Part shown: in pieces, positions 1 to 12,807 of the stretch
Layout of the letters: each line of letters opens with the position of its first letter
Position numbering within the stretch: position 1 is the first letter of the stretch
Origin: Balanoglossus misakiensis
Taxonomy: Eukaryota > Animalia > Hemichordata
Direction of reading: 5' to 3'
Assembly (NCBI GenBank): GCA_040954595.2
Contig: CM082593.2
Location: 5,163,434 to 5,227,433, forward strand
DNA: 64,000 nucleotides
Notes under the pieces: generated by a model
Seen by the model: the letters and a program-made list of their open reading frames with translations, nothing else
What the model was told of the DNA's origin: nothing
Databases searched by the model: none
Translations under genes and position numbers: made by a program

Positions 1-5
1 CATAG

Positions 6-3000
6 ATGGTAACCCGGACAACACATTCACAGTGGACGAACGGACGGGCGAAGTGAAAACCAACAAACCCCTGGACAGGGAGAGTAAAGCGGAGTACGAG
101 CTGAAGATCGAAGCCAGGAATCTTCTGCCGGTTGAGAGGACAGTGAACAGTAGGATACTGAATGACTTTGCCACTGTGAGTTGAATATATCTGAAAAAAA
201 TCTGAACATAATGAATGTCTGATTTGACCGATGTCTCTGTTTTTAGTCCAAGAAGGGAATTTTTTTCTTGAGCACCATGTCCATTTTAGTGAGAACGGAT
301 AATTCACCACTGCACAATGTAACTGAAGCCAAACTACAAGATGCTTGTATTCGTGATTTCTCCATTAAAATGCAAAATTTTACTTGGAAATACATGTGCA
401 TGTATGTTAATACCACAATTGAGTGGAAATTCATGGATCAAAATTGTTGGCTGTGCTGTGACGTGAAGCGTGAATATTTAGATCACATTGTAATTTTTTT
501 AAAATATTTCATAGATGATAGTTGCAATTGAGGATGTCAATGACGTGGCACCGATTTTCACCAAGCCGAACTACACCAGGCGGGTTCTTGAGAATGAACA
601 GACAGGAACGATAATAATCGAGATAACAGCAGTTGACCTGGATGAAGGGACAAATGGTGAAGTCTTCTATGAAATTGTCGGCGGAAATGACAATGGTGAG
701 TGTTAGGTTGTCATCAGAAGTGAATAATAAATATGATTACTCAATATAAGGGTCATATTGGGGTCAGTATAATTGTGTAACACACTCTTTGCGTATACTG
801 TGCTCTGATTGGTCAGAATAGGACACGTGATGAAAACATCTCGAATATCTATTTCCCTTGGGAAACAATCATACTAACTGTAGCCTGAGACTATAAACAC
901 AGCATCTTTTTATTGTCTTTCATACTACAGGTCAATTTGACATCGGTCGGCATTCGGGAGCCCTTGTCCTGGCGAAGTTATTCCAGCGCAACGTTCAGAT
1001 TGATTTCCGGTACGACCTGGTGATCCGGGCATCGGACTATGGAGTTCCGCCCCTGTCCACTAACACCAGTGTTTTGCTGCAAATTGTGGACGTCAACGAC
1101 AGAAAGCCAGTGTTTATCAATCCACGCAGCAACCAGACTCTTAGCATACCCGAGGTAAGTAAGTTTATTATCTGAAGTTGTATCATATTAAAGGAATATG
1201 AACATTGGTTGGAACAGTAAAATATATCTGACAACAATGGTGTTACCGGTAACTTGTATCCCTTGAAGTGTGTCCAGCATCACAGGAAAAGAGTCAGTGA
1301 AATTATTATCAAGACTTTTACCTTCATACATTCAGGCACACAGTCCTTGTATATGATAAATTTGAATTCAATCTCTCTGCAGTCTTCCTACTTTTATGAA
1401 TAACTAAATATAACAGTATGCATGTACACATATCTCTTCACTGAGGATCTAGTCACATTTCGGATTTCATTTATATCTAACCTTGTTTTATTCGTTCTAT
1501 TACAGAATGAACCCCCAGGCTACTTTATAACGCAGGTCCTCGCTGAGGATGGCGATCTGGGCAACAATGGCGATGTTCACTACGGATTCTTCAAAACAGA
1601 GGGTGAAAACCAAGACTGGCAACACTTCTACATCAACGAAGACAGCGGTGATCTTTACACTATGTTCACTGCCGACAGAGAAGAGAAGACCCACTATACA
1701 GTAAGTATGGTTTTGAAACCAGGCTAAAGTTATCAGATACCAAGTCAAGGTTGGAGCATATCTCAAAGATGACAGAAATATTAAAACAGGTTTACAGCAA
1801 GAAATGTATTCGAATGTAGTTTTCAATGGGACTATAATATTACATGGCTTGTATCATTCTTTGTATCATACAGATAGTGTTATTAGCCAAGGATCATGGT
1901 GAACCACAGTTTGAGACAACACTAACGGTGGTTATTCACGTGGAGGATGAAGATGACAATGCTCCGAGTTTTCCTGACTTCCGGGTGAGTGGCGATTTTT
2001 CATCAAATGTTCTCGCTCACCTCAAACCTTTAGGTGAATTCAGTATTGCCTATGGTTTGATCTTTCACCCCGGTTGTAAAACTCTTACTACATAAAAGTG
2101 TCAATTACTCCCACATAGACATTTTCTCGGAAATCTGATCGTCAAGTAATTTTTTTCTTTCCCGTCAGCTTGCCCAAACCATGTTCATTCAGGAGCATTC
2201 ATCTGCCGGAAGTGTCGTTGGGAATGTCATTCCGGCTGTTGATCCTGATGAAGGAAGCAATGCAAGGATATACTACTTCATTGTTGGTGAGTTGAAAAAA
2301 AATATTTTACCTTTTTATGATGTTGTTGTTTATTTGAAAATTTCAATAGAATGACATTGGCCCATTTTCAAACAAACTGCATGTATTTAGCTTGCAAACA
2401 AATAATAGGTAATGATGTAGATGAAAATATGGATAGTATGAAAAACTTCAACTTGAAGTAGCAATTAGGCTTTGTGGGAAGCAGTCGACTTTTCCTATTT
2501 TGACGAACACATGCAGAACTGATGATAAAAAAACTACTCTTTCCACAGATGGCAATGAAGAGGACAATTTCTACATCTTCAAAAACAACGGTACAATAAT
2601 TTTGAACAAAGAGCTTGACAGAGAGATGGATAATCAGTACATCCTGACCGTTAAAGCATCGGATGATCCGAACTTCGGTTTGGAAAATTCACCCAGGCAG
2701 AGAAGTTGGACAAATTCAACAGCAGATAACAGAAACGAGGACCCGACCCTGAAGAAGATTTTGATCGATGTGGTTGATATTAATGATAATGGTCCAGTGT
2801 TCACCAAATCACAGTACACAGCAGGTGAGAGTTTGATAATATGCTAATGACATGTTTAAATATTATGTGTGTTTTAACCCCTCTGTTGGACAAATTACTG
2901 TTCTTAGTCAAGAGAACACACACACACATCATGTACACTGATGCTAGTGATGACACTCTGTTCTGTGAGAAATGACACATTCCTTTCATCAACATTCTGT

Positions 3001-6000
3001 TTCAGGATTATCCATTGATGCAAAGTATGAGTCGGAGCTCATCACTGTGGTTGCCATGGACGCAGACACTGGCAACCACAGCATACTCTATTACTCCATC
3101 GTGTCAACTTTCCATGTCGACACGACCAGCGATGCCAAACCACGCCCTGATCCCGACGCCTTCAAGATTGGCAGGCTGGATGGCACAGTCCGCACTAACG
3201 AGCTGTTCATCACTTTCTATCATGGTTACTTTGAGCTTGACATCTTTGTAGAGGACATAGACCATCACAATGATACTACAGTAGTCAAGGTAAGGGAGTT
3301 GACTTTGTTGATTGGGTTATGATTTTGTGTAGTGTGTGGTACCATAATGAATGTAGATATAAAACAACAGAGTAGGGAGCAGAGAGAGAGAGAGAAAACA
3401 GAGAGCAAGAGGGGATTAGGCACAGAGAGAGAGACAGACAGACGAGGAGATGTGTGAGTCACTGTTTACAGCAAGTGTTGTAGGCATCAACTAATTCTCA
3501 TCTATTCTGTTATACTTCTATACCCACTATTTTCTTTTTCAGATCAATGTGTACGTGTCAACTACATTTACAATTTCATTTTTTTTCCTTCAGATCTACA
3601 TGTTAAAGGACAACCAGAGAGTGAAGATTGTGTTCAACTATGACCCAGATTCTGTGAAAGAGTTCAGGGAACAACTGATAAGGTGCTGTATGATGACAGA
3701 TACTTGAGGCATTTATAATTTGTTTCTGTTGTTGATAAAACCACCACCACAACCACCATCAGACTTTAACTTACCGTGCGTTCCAATTCTTTTGCAGTCT
3801 GATATCCAATGTTACCGGTGCACTGATCCATGTGGACGACATCCAGTATCACATCTCGGAAGACAGCGAAGTGGACTTTGGGAAGACGGATGTCTTGATT
3901 CATGCGGTTGATCCGCACACAAACACCATCATGGACGTAAACCATATCATCGAGTGAGTATACACACAAAATTCTATCACTATTTTGACTCCATCTGAAC
4001 AGAACTGTTAATTCGCAGAATGTGTGTGTCTACCGGTAGATCTGTACGAAACTGTTGTATGGATTGGAATGATTCCTTTCTTTATTTCTGTTAACAGAAT
4101 CATTGATGAAAACTACTCAAGATTGGAAAACCTATTCAAAGTCTACAATGTGATCGAAATTGTGGTAAGTCAGTACCTTTGCTGGGTGCAGAAACAGTGC
4201 TTCATTTGTATTTGCATAAATCAAATTTCATTAGCTTGGCAACTTTCATTGCTGGCAATTTTTATCAGATGTAGGATCAGAAATTGTAGAGTTATAATGG
4301 AAGGTTCGTAATCAAAGTTGCTAATATCTTGATGTTTTCTTGTGCCCCCCCCCCCCCCCACCCCCTCCCCCAGCCTGCCATACCTCTCAGGGAACATGAA
4401 AGCATCACTCTACTACAAGCAGCCCTGGTGGCCATAGGCATTCTACTCTTCATCGGAGTGTTCATTTACACAATATGCATTTGCTGGATCAAACACAAGT
4501 AAGTACAATGTATATCTCTCGTAAATCTGGGTCTGTTGTGAGAGAAAGATGCCCGCATTAAACACATATGCACTGATGATAGTTCAGTAGAAGTCCAGAC
4601 AATACAAAATGTGCTGTTTGACATACAGAAATTGATGAATAGTTGTCTTTATTGTTTATTTTTCAGACACCGAAGCAAGTTGGAGGCCATTGCCACATTC
4701 TCATTTGGTGCATCTACATCAGATCTACTCCGGGATTCCAGTTATCAAGGGTAAGTCACAGATAAAGCATCCAGCTTCATGTTACTTTTCCATATTGTAC
4801 ATTAATTAACTTGTTTTGGTGTATGCCTTTGTACTTCTTGGTCGGTTCGAATCCATCCTTCTATGATGTGGAGTTAGCCGTCTATTAACTTAGTGATTTT
4901 GTTGCGATACACTTGATAATAACTTTCATTATGTTCTATTCACACCAGGTCTAATCCTTTGTGGATCGACAACTACAGCTGGATCAGTGATTGGCCGGAT
5001 AACTTGTCACATCTCGATCGAGAGTATGAAGCCCAGGTAAATGTAAGCTGATTGCTGTTTTTGACATCTAACATGTCATAACTGCAATTTTAAAACAGGC
5101 CTGTTCTGTAGAGGAGTTTTTATTGATAAAAAATGCAATACTATTTCATCGTATTTGCATTAAAAGTTCACAGATCATTATTGGGTATGTAGGAAAATTG
5201 ACTACTTGATTGAATTGTTAACTTTAAGTTTGACTATTGCAATGACGTTAATATGCGTTAATAATGTCATCTCACTCCTCACACATAGGAAATCACCATG
5301 GATTTTTTCCACGACGATGAAGATCATTCACAAAGGAAAGCCGGCAAACCGGGAGGGAGATCGTCACTCGTCACATTCTCTCCGGTCAACGGGATGAACA
5401 AGCGCACCCACGTGCTGCACAACGGTTACAGCCGGTCGCCCTCCAGCAGCGACGTGGAGATTGAAATGCTGCCCCCTAGCGGCGACTCTGATACTGACGA
5501 CTCCCCGGGTCTGCTCAGCGGGAACAGCACCAGCAGTTTGTCGGAACCGGAACTGAACGGGGATCTCGTGCCGATGAGAGAGCTCACCATAGACTACATG
5601 TCGCGCAGGGCGCTGACGCCGATTTCAGAAGAGGATTCGAGTTCTTTCACTTCCAAAACAGATACGGTGAAAACAACCGGATCTCGGAATTCCAGTTCCC
5701 ATGCTGATGACGAGGCAGAAAACGGCAGCTCTAACAACAGGAACGATATACCCCACAGATTAAAAACAGTTGAGAAAAACGAAAGAAAAGATGTCAGAGC
5801 AGCCGAGAGACTCGAGCCTGTTATCTCACCAGGCCCGTCAAATGTCCCGGAATATCACCGACTTGATTCCAAGGAAAGTGAGGTTTCCGCGGAACAAAAT
5901 ATTCTGGATACAGACTCAGATTCCGAATCTTCATCAGGATCCGATGGTGCGTGTCAGATTTATCACGTCAACCCGGAATATGACAGTATAGGACTGAACA

Positions 6001-6614
6001 TTCCAGTCGATCATGTGGAGAACGATGAGGAACCGTTGTTCACACCAAACAGGGAGAGTGATCCGGACACAATTGGGAAACCAGGGAATGGAATCTCAAA
6101 CCCTGGATTTCAAGACAATGGTTCCCATGGTGACTCTCGCGAGAAACGGGAACCGGGGGACGGCATCACAAATGATGCATTTGAAGGAGACGACCATTCC
6201 GTTCCGGATTCCCAAAGCGAACCGGAATCGGACAACAGATTGATGACTGTCAGGTTCGAAGAAGACTCGGATCTCATTCCGGATTCTCAACTAGAGACGG
6301 AACTACACGACGGACTTGCCAACGATGACGATCTTACGTCAATTTCCGATACCGATTCCGATGAGCATTCACGGAGTGGAGTAGCGAACAGTGTCTTTGA
6401 CGATGTCAGTTCTCTCGCCGATTCCCAGCAGGGAGAGTCGGACGAGAGCGAGGAGTACAAGCCGGTGGAATTTGCCTTCCTGAACAATGTCAGCGACGAG
6501 AGCGGCTCGGTGACTTCCAAAGACACGGTACGAGCAGCCAGCGTGGATTCTGACAGGGTCGGCCGGGAAGCCCTGCTCTCGGCAGCACTGGAAGATGAAG
6601 AAACCTACATCTAG
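6..6614 (+). CDS. CDH23: Cadherin-23-like protein, 3' part (5' end lies outside the window): last cadherin repeats, membrane-adjacent domain, TM helix, long acidic cytoplasmic tail
   Basis: GT-AG exons 6-175, 515-695, 931-1154, 1506-1700, 1874-1984, 2169-2286, 2549-2824, 3006-3289, 3594-3682, 3798-3953, 4098-4164, 4374-4498, 4667-4750, 4949-5036, 5289-6614 join in frame. Cadherin motifs LDRE, DVNDVAPIF, AVDLDEG, DINDNGPVF. The membrane-adjacent segment IYMLKDNQRVKIVF...LISNVTGALIHVDDIQYH...IIDENYSRLENLFKVYNV resembles CDH23. TM is AALVAIGILLFIGVFIYTICICWI; cytoplasmic GSNPLW motif; ends EETYI*. Confidence 0.85.
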
Positions 6615-8369
6615 CATTAACAAGTTGACACCCTTCATGCATAGGGAAAATTGTCTTTCTTTTAAGTACTTGTGAAATTCAAAAACAGTCAGATAGCTTG
6701 CCACTTTGCATCCAAGTCCCAGCAAAGTATCAATTTGGGTGTTTTATCCACAGATTTGCATAGAACATTGCTTCGCAAACCATTTAATCGACCAGTAAGT
6801 TTTACAGGTTAATTTGGTGAAAAGCAAACAAGAACATATTCTGTAAGTAACGGAGAAGTGCTTTATAGTGAGTTTAGCAGACTCGTATTCAATACACAAG
6901 TTCACTGTCAAGGAGACTTTGGTTCATTATGAAATTTTTATTAAATACACATAGCTGCCCATGTGACCTTTGTATGTTTTTTAAATTTTATGAGAGCATG
7001 TATTATAGTTTATCAAAGTTTATAATAAATCTGTCACCCCATAATTTAGTATAAAATTAGTCAAAGGGAAGGTATTTGAATATATTTGTTAATCACGCTA
7101 ATATTATTGGAGAATTGAAGCCAGACAAACAATGGTTTCAACTGTTGCTCACAATTTTTATTTGTTAGTTTCTACCCCATATTCTCTGGTGTCAAAACCA
7201 CGTATTCATTCCAACTCATAATGTAGGAGGGAGAGACAAAGAAATGAACAGATGTGTTCTTCACACACAAATACATTGCATCATTGAGTTTTTTTATTCT
7301 CCAAAAATATCAACTCATTTGCTGAACATTTTCGTTTACATAATTTGAATAGAGAGTAAGTTATATACATTGTAAAGTTCATTTAATATTGCATCCGGAA
7401 ATGTATCATATACAGATATGATAGAATTTTTTGCCACTGAAATGTAGAGAATTCTATAAAATGACACACAGATGTGTAATGTGTACAGAGAGGTTGTAAA
7501 TATAACGAAGTTGAATTAAATTTTCGTATGAAAAGTGGATAAGGATGCGTGTGTGTCATTTGGAAATTGTGTTCATCAGGTCTGTTTACTTGGTGGATGG
7601 AGAGAATGCAAATGAGAATTGTTTCACACTAATGATTTTTTCTGGTCATGAAAACTGGCACGGTGATTGCCCAGACCAAGATTGTGTATATGCAAGTTCG
7701 TGAAACGTGTAAAACTACGGTCACTGTACTGTGCAATGACCGCGGTAAAACATATATGATATGGCCATCGAACATTTAATAGACGCCATCTTGCTTTGGG
7801 GGCGTTGTCAGGTTATCCCAGGATGCATAGCTTCTTGTGTCAGAGTTCAGTTCCGGTTGTCACATGCTGCAGACGACGAAGCTCGTTGTCGAGATGTCAC
7901 CTAGTACGACACTGTCGTTGGAGACTCCACTCATTCGAAGCAACCGACCCCCCGTAACCGTTGGATGTCGATGTGTTGAAGGGTAAGTTAAACATTTTCT
8001 AGATAGTCAACATAAACTTGTTGAGACCCCAGTAGCACACTTGCCTCGCGTAATGACATGGACCGGAAGTAAACATAACCCTGGCGTACAAGGCACGACG
8101 GGAACCAAGAAGAGACACACCAAACTCAGTGAAATAATGAAATGATATATGTCAAAAGTATGTTAAAACGGATAGAAAAAGAAACTACATTGATGTCGAA
8201 AAATAGTTTAAAACTTCTCAAAAATTACTGTAACAGGTAGGCTAGGAATTGAACTGTCCCAAACCTTATATATATATTTTATAGCACTTTTTGGCAGATT
8301 TTTTGTGTATTTTTGTAATGTTGACAACTGTCTCGCTTCGGACTGTACTTCAGAAAATACATTTGTGTT

Positions 8370-10822
8370 TTACTTTCCCTTTTGGTAAATGACGTACTCA
8401 GCAAAGCCGTTGTATTCGACCATGTTGGTGTAGATTCCAAATCCGAAACCTAACGGTTGTATGGCGAATCCGTACAATGACCAGACACCGTCGTTCTCAC
8501 ACACCATTGGGCTTCCGATTTCTGCTTTCTGTGTGGAAGGAATCAAAGATAGCTGATACTTGCAAGAATGGAGAAAAGTAATACTGGCAAAAGGATGTCG
8601 AGGAGTTTGAAAATACATGTATCAGAAAAGGGGCCGAAGTCAGCCGTTGGCAAACTGTGGGTCTGCCAAGCGAGTCCACCTATGCTTTCAACACCATGGT
8701 TGGACGTCATATTCCCCTGACTTACATTGTAAGAAGTGCTATGTTCAGCACAGTACATTCCTTGCGACGTTGAATGTGAATGTGTGTCGCAATTGCTGTT
8801 GGCTGTGACGCTGGTCTTCATCTGTATTAGGTCTGTAGAATAGAATGGAATAGAATATAGAATTGAATTGAATTGCCCAGAGAATTATAACTTTATTCCC
8901 GTAAATCTTATTCTTCAACTTTTGTGTGTCACAATCTTGCAATGTACAAAGTGCTGAAATTAGATTTTTTTTACCCGTGCTGTCGTAATCAGTGACGTAA
9001 CATCTGTCGCCAAATTCGGTGACGTTCTTTCCGATCCCGGGCAAGCACACGGTGTTCACGTGATCGTCGAGTACAGCCTTGTTGTACATCTCCAGAAGTG
9101 CGATGTCGTTCTCCGGTGGTGATTTGTTACCCGGTTCGTAGACCCAGTAGAAGTGAGTGCTTTTCACCACCAGACCGCTTTGTGTGTCGTCCACGGGGGA
9201 TACACTCTTGGTCTGCTTTCCCACCCATACTGTGATATCCTCCGGCGTAAGACTTCAATTAAAAATAAATGACCAGTTTTACACGAAATTGCATATTTCG
9301 GTATGATTTTACTTCATGTACGTAGCAAGCAAACATAAACAATAACATGTAAATAAGACTTACCCATAGACACAGGAGGCCGACGTTATAACCCAGTTTT
9401 CCATTACGAGAGCGCCACTGCAGGCAAATACGTTTCCTTGGTCGGTCTTGGTGTAAATTGCCACCTACAGAACCAGACAGACAAATTCGGTCGTTGAAAT
9501 ATTTTTTTTTCACTTGAAGTGAAATGAACCATATTAAAACAATTTAAAATACGCGGTATTGTATATTCCAGATAAATGTAGACAGACTTACGTGCCATGG
9601 CCAGTTTCCGGGCTCCACCTTGCTACCATCAAAGTTTGGAAGAACTGTTTGGGTTCCACAAGTCTTTTCTTCAACTTCGTAATAGATTTCTGACAGGCAA
9701 AAATATGAACATGATATAGACAACGATCATAGAAAGACATGTGTCAGTTATGAAAGGTAGTGAGTAAGCCTACGTAAACAATTTGTCAAAAAAATCAATA
9801 AGCGAGGTTAGCATGAAATTATTATAGATGAAACACTGACCAGCGACCCCGTATCCAACGCCGAAGGAAAGCGCAAAGAACGTTGCCAATAGGATGGTGA
9901 TGATGGCGCATTTACCCCAAGGACCATCGAAGTAACCCTCGCCGTCTTTCTCCAAGTTGACCGATTCACAGTCGATTTTTGTTATACTCGCGCGTTCGCC
10001 GTCTTCCTTTGAAACCTCGTGTGCACACACACCTGTGTCGTTCTGGAAACCCTGCGTTGGAACATCACACATAGTTGGACATTTGAATAATTATGGGGAG
10101 GGGGAGCGTACCAGCTGCAGTGCATTCTCTCTGCTGAGGTCCGCTTCCACAAAACAGACATTCAACAGGTGAATTTGGGTCACCTCGACATTGCTTTACT
10201 GCCAAACGTCTTTCCTTGGAGCAACGTTTGCAAAAAGTTGACTGGTTCGAAACCCTCACAGACTCGGTGAAATCTACCTGGCCAGTGCGTGTACAAGTTG
10301 TCTGGATATTGTTCACAGTTAGTAATCGTTTCAACACAACTCAAAGAGCCATATGTTGAGGCGCATTGCATAGCTGTCACATACATGTTTATTGACCAAA
10401 GGGAACGCCTACCACTTTAAATTCTCGACTGTGTCTGATAATTCCTGACTCTCCGGTCATGTCGCAGATTCTAGCGGACTTTCCTTTACATGTAACAGAG
10501 CTGCCCTTCTCTCTCCTAAGCTTAGGCCCCTTGTATTTTAATACAGACCCTGCCAATTTCACTTATGCATAATTGGCTGCGAAGTCTAGGTTCATACGTA
10601 CCACTGGTTGTACACTTCTGTACAGACAACCCGAGTAGCTATGTAATACCTTACCGGGTTACTCAGTCCGCCTGCATCCTCGTCTGAATTCCCCACCCCT
10701 GCGGATCCAAGAACCGTGGTCTGTCGCTCGTCGTCCCGCTGGTCGGCCAGATCTCCTGCGACGTTCGACGAGACATACCTGAGCTCTACCGGCTCATGTG
10801 ACTCCACGCCAAAACTCTCCAT
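8370..10822 (-). CDS. Type II transmembrane trypsin-fold serine protease homologue, predicted inactive
   Basis: Exons 10822-10655, ~10051-9841 (TM CAIITILLATFFALSFGVGYGVA), 9689-9592 (TCG...PGNWPWH), 9464-9364 (ACSGALVMENWVITSASC), 9252-8975 (NDIALL, VNTVCLP), 8832-8726, 8528-8370 (AEIGSPMVCENDGVWSLYG). S1-family framework with the catalytic His and Ser replaced. Confidence 0.75.
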
Positions 10823-11994
10823 TTCTTGACCTTACAATTTGAGAGAGAGACCCCGGCCGATTTGCAGCAGCCAGTGGACAGAACAATGAACCGCTCACCG
10901 ACTATACGAGGCAGTAAATTAAAAATGCCGTAAATCAAACATTCAACCTTGAGAGCGATAAGGTTTGAAACGGCGTCGGTGCTGTTTGGGCAATTTTATT
11001 GTTGAAAGTGTCGATACGTGATTTGATTTTATGATAACAGCCCGGGTCAAAGATCGCTTTAAACTATCGCCATTGGCACGCAGAGTCACCCGCAGAATGC
11101 GCAGTCATCAATACGCATTCCTAATCAATAACAGAAACTAACAGATGTTATTTCATACAAGTCTTTTACTGGTATGTGACCAACAGTGATTGCGATTGCA
11201 TTGAGGGAGCTCTTCTCGGTCTGGTGCCGTGTCGGTATCCGTAATTGACTTTCCAAATATTTTCCATTTCAAGTTCAATATTCAATTTGCCGGATTATAC
11301 GAATTATGTACATAGAAATCGCATAGCCTAATCTTGTGTATAAAATTGCCTTTGGTGGACTAACCACGGTCCCTGTACTAAGCAGAGTGAACGCACCCGT
11401 CGGTTGGATGCGCGCTCCTTTTGTTTTCGGTGAACCTCTTGTTTCCGATATCCAAATATTCTTTCACCCACCGTTTCAAGAAGAATAGATAACATAAGCA
11501 AACATACTTAGTCTCTTACTCAAATGTGTACTGGATTAGTTAGTCGTCACGTTGACTGGAGGGACAGTTTATTTATAAAGATTATTGCATTTTAATAAAT
11601 TTCTATCAAAGTTTGTTAAATAGGGAAATTTTTCATTTGAATTTCATATATCTCTAAATTTCCAGATATCATAAACGACCATCTCATCGTTGATAAGTTC
11701 TGAACTATATCGCCCATCTTGACAAGGCCCTATAAATAATGGTATGATCCTGTTAATATTTCCACGTGTTGTACAATTGTACAAAACTATTCTTCCATCG
11801 AAGCGCGCTGTACAGGGATATCGTCATCGTTCGTTTTTGAAAGATTCAATCAGCGAAGAAAACGACTTTAGACTTCTAGTACCGTTACACGCATCAGAGA
11901 CGACGATACGACTTCTTGGAATACAAATAGTTACCAGTCAAGTTATTGGACCGTCGGACTGTGATTGTGAGTAGGAGTTCAACCGTTATCCTCA

Positions 11995-12807
11995 ATGGGT
12001 TCCTTCCTCGGTCATATTTCTCCAGGCTTGGCGTTTTTCAGTTTTGGCTTGTTCTGGGCCATCAAGTATTGCTACCTCCACCAGAAAGCGACCTATGTTC
12101 GGAGGAGAACTTACTTCGGAGAATCCGCCGAAGAGAAAATAAGAAAGCTGCACCCCGAAGCTCTCATGAAGATTGTCTACGGCGTCATCGCGGCGTCGGC
12201 TGAGTTCATCGTCCCCGGCAACGGTGTGCACTTCTTCACCGAGGATGGGGAGTTCTTCCACGGGAAAAACTGGCAGCATTTCACGATGTACATGTATTTC
12301 GCCATGAGCGGGATCTTCGACCTGGTCAGCCAGGCGCACCTGAAACGCCGCGCCACCCGACTGGAGACCCTGTTCCTGGCGCTGGCGTTCGGCATCGAGG
12401 CGCACATGCTGTACCACCACCGCCTGGGCAAGAGCCTGCTGGAGAACTCAGTGCACATGTTCGTGTTCATCTCCTGTTTCCTCTGTTTCCTCGCCACGCT
12501 GGCCGAAGTCTGGAACGAGAGCGCCGTCCTCCTGCCCTTCCTGCGCACGGGTTTCGCCCTGCTGCAGGGCACCTGGCTCTTCCACGGGGCGTTCATCATC
12601 TACCGGCCGCTCTCCGGGAAACCGTGGGACAAAGAGAGCCACGCTAGCGCCATGTTCGTCACCCTCATGTACTGTTGGCACATCCTCTTCAACATCCTCG
12701 CACTCAGCACAGTGTACAGCCTCGTCTACGCCTGCTTCGGACGAACCTGGAAGAAAGCGCAGCAAACGTCACATGTCTTGTTGAGTGACAATTCTGACGA
12801 AAAGTAG
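11995..12807 (+). CDS. TMEM45B: Transmembrane protein 45 (TMEM45A/B family, DUF716), single coding exon
   Basis: 270-aa ORF starting MGSFLGHISPG, with NWQHFTMYMYF, HMLYHH and LLQGTWLFHGAF motifs and multiple hydrophobic helices typical of TMEM45. TATAAATA at about 11731. Confidence 0.88.
   Translation: MGSFLGHISPGLAFFSFGLFWAIKYCYLHQKATYVRRRTYFGESAEEKIRKLHPEALMKIVYGVIAASAEFIVPGNGVHFFTEDGEFFHGKNWQHFTMYMYFAMSGIFDLVSQAHLKRRATRLETLFLALAFGIEAHMLYHHRLGKSLLENSVHMFVFISCFLCFLATLAEVWNESAVLLPFLRTGFALLQGTWLFHGAFIIYRPLSGKPWDKESHASAMFVTLMYCWHILFNILALSTVYSLVYACFGRTWKKAQQTSHVLLSDNSDEK

Noticed and set aside
4844-4854. GGTTCGAATCC, a tRNA T-loop/B-box motif
   Set aside because: No acceptor stem, D-arm or A-box could be built around it; it lies in a cadherin intron.
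10244-10255. GGTTCGAAACCC B-box-like motif (possible tRNA/SINE)
   Set aside because: No cloverleaf, poly-A tail or target-site duplication evident.
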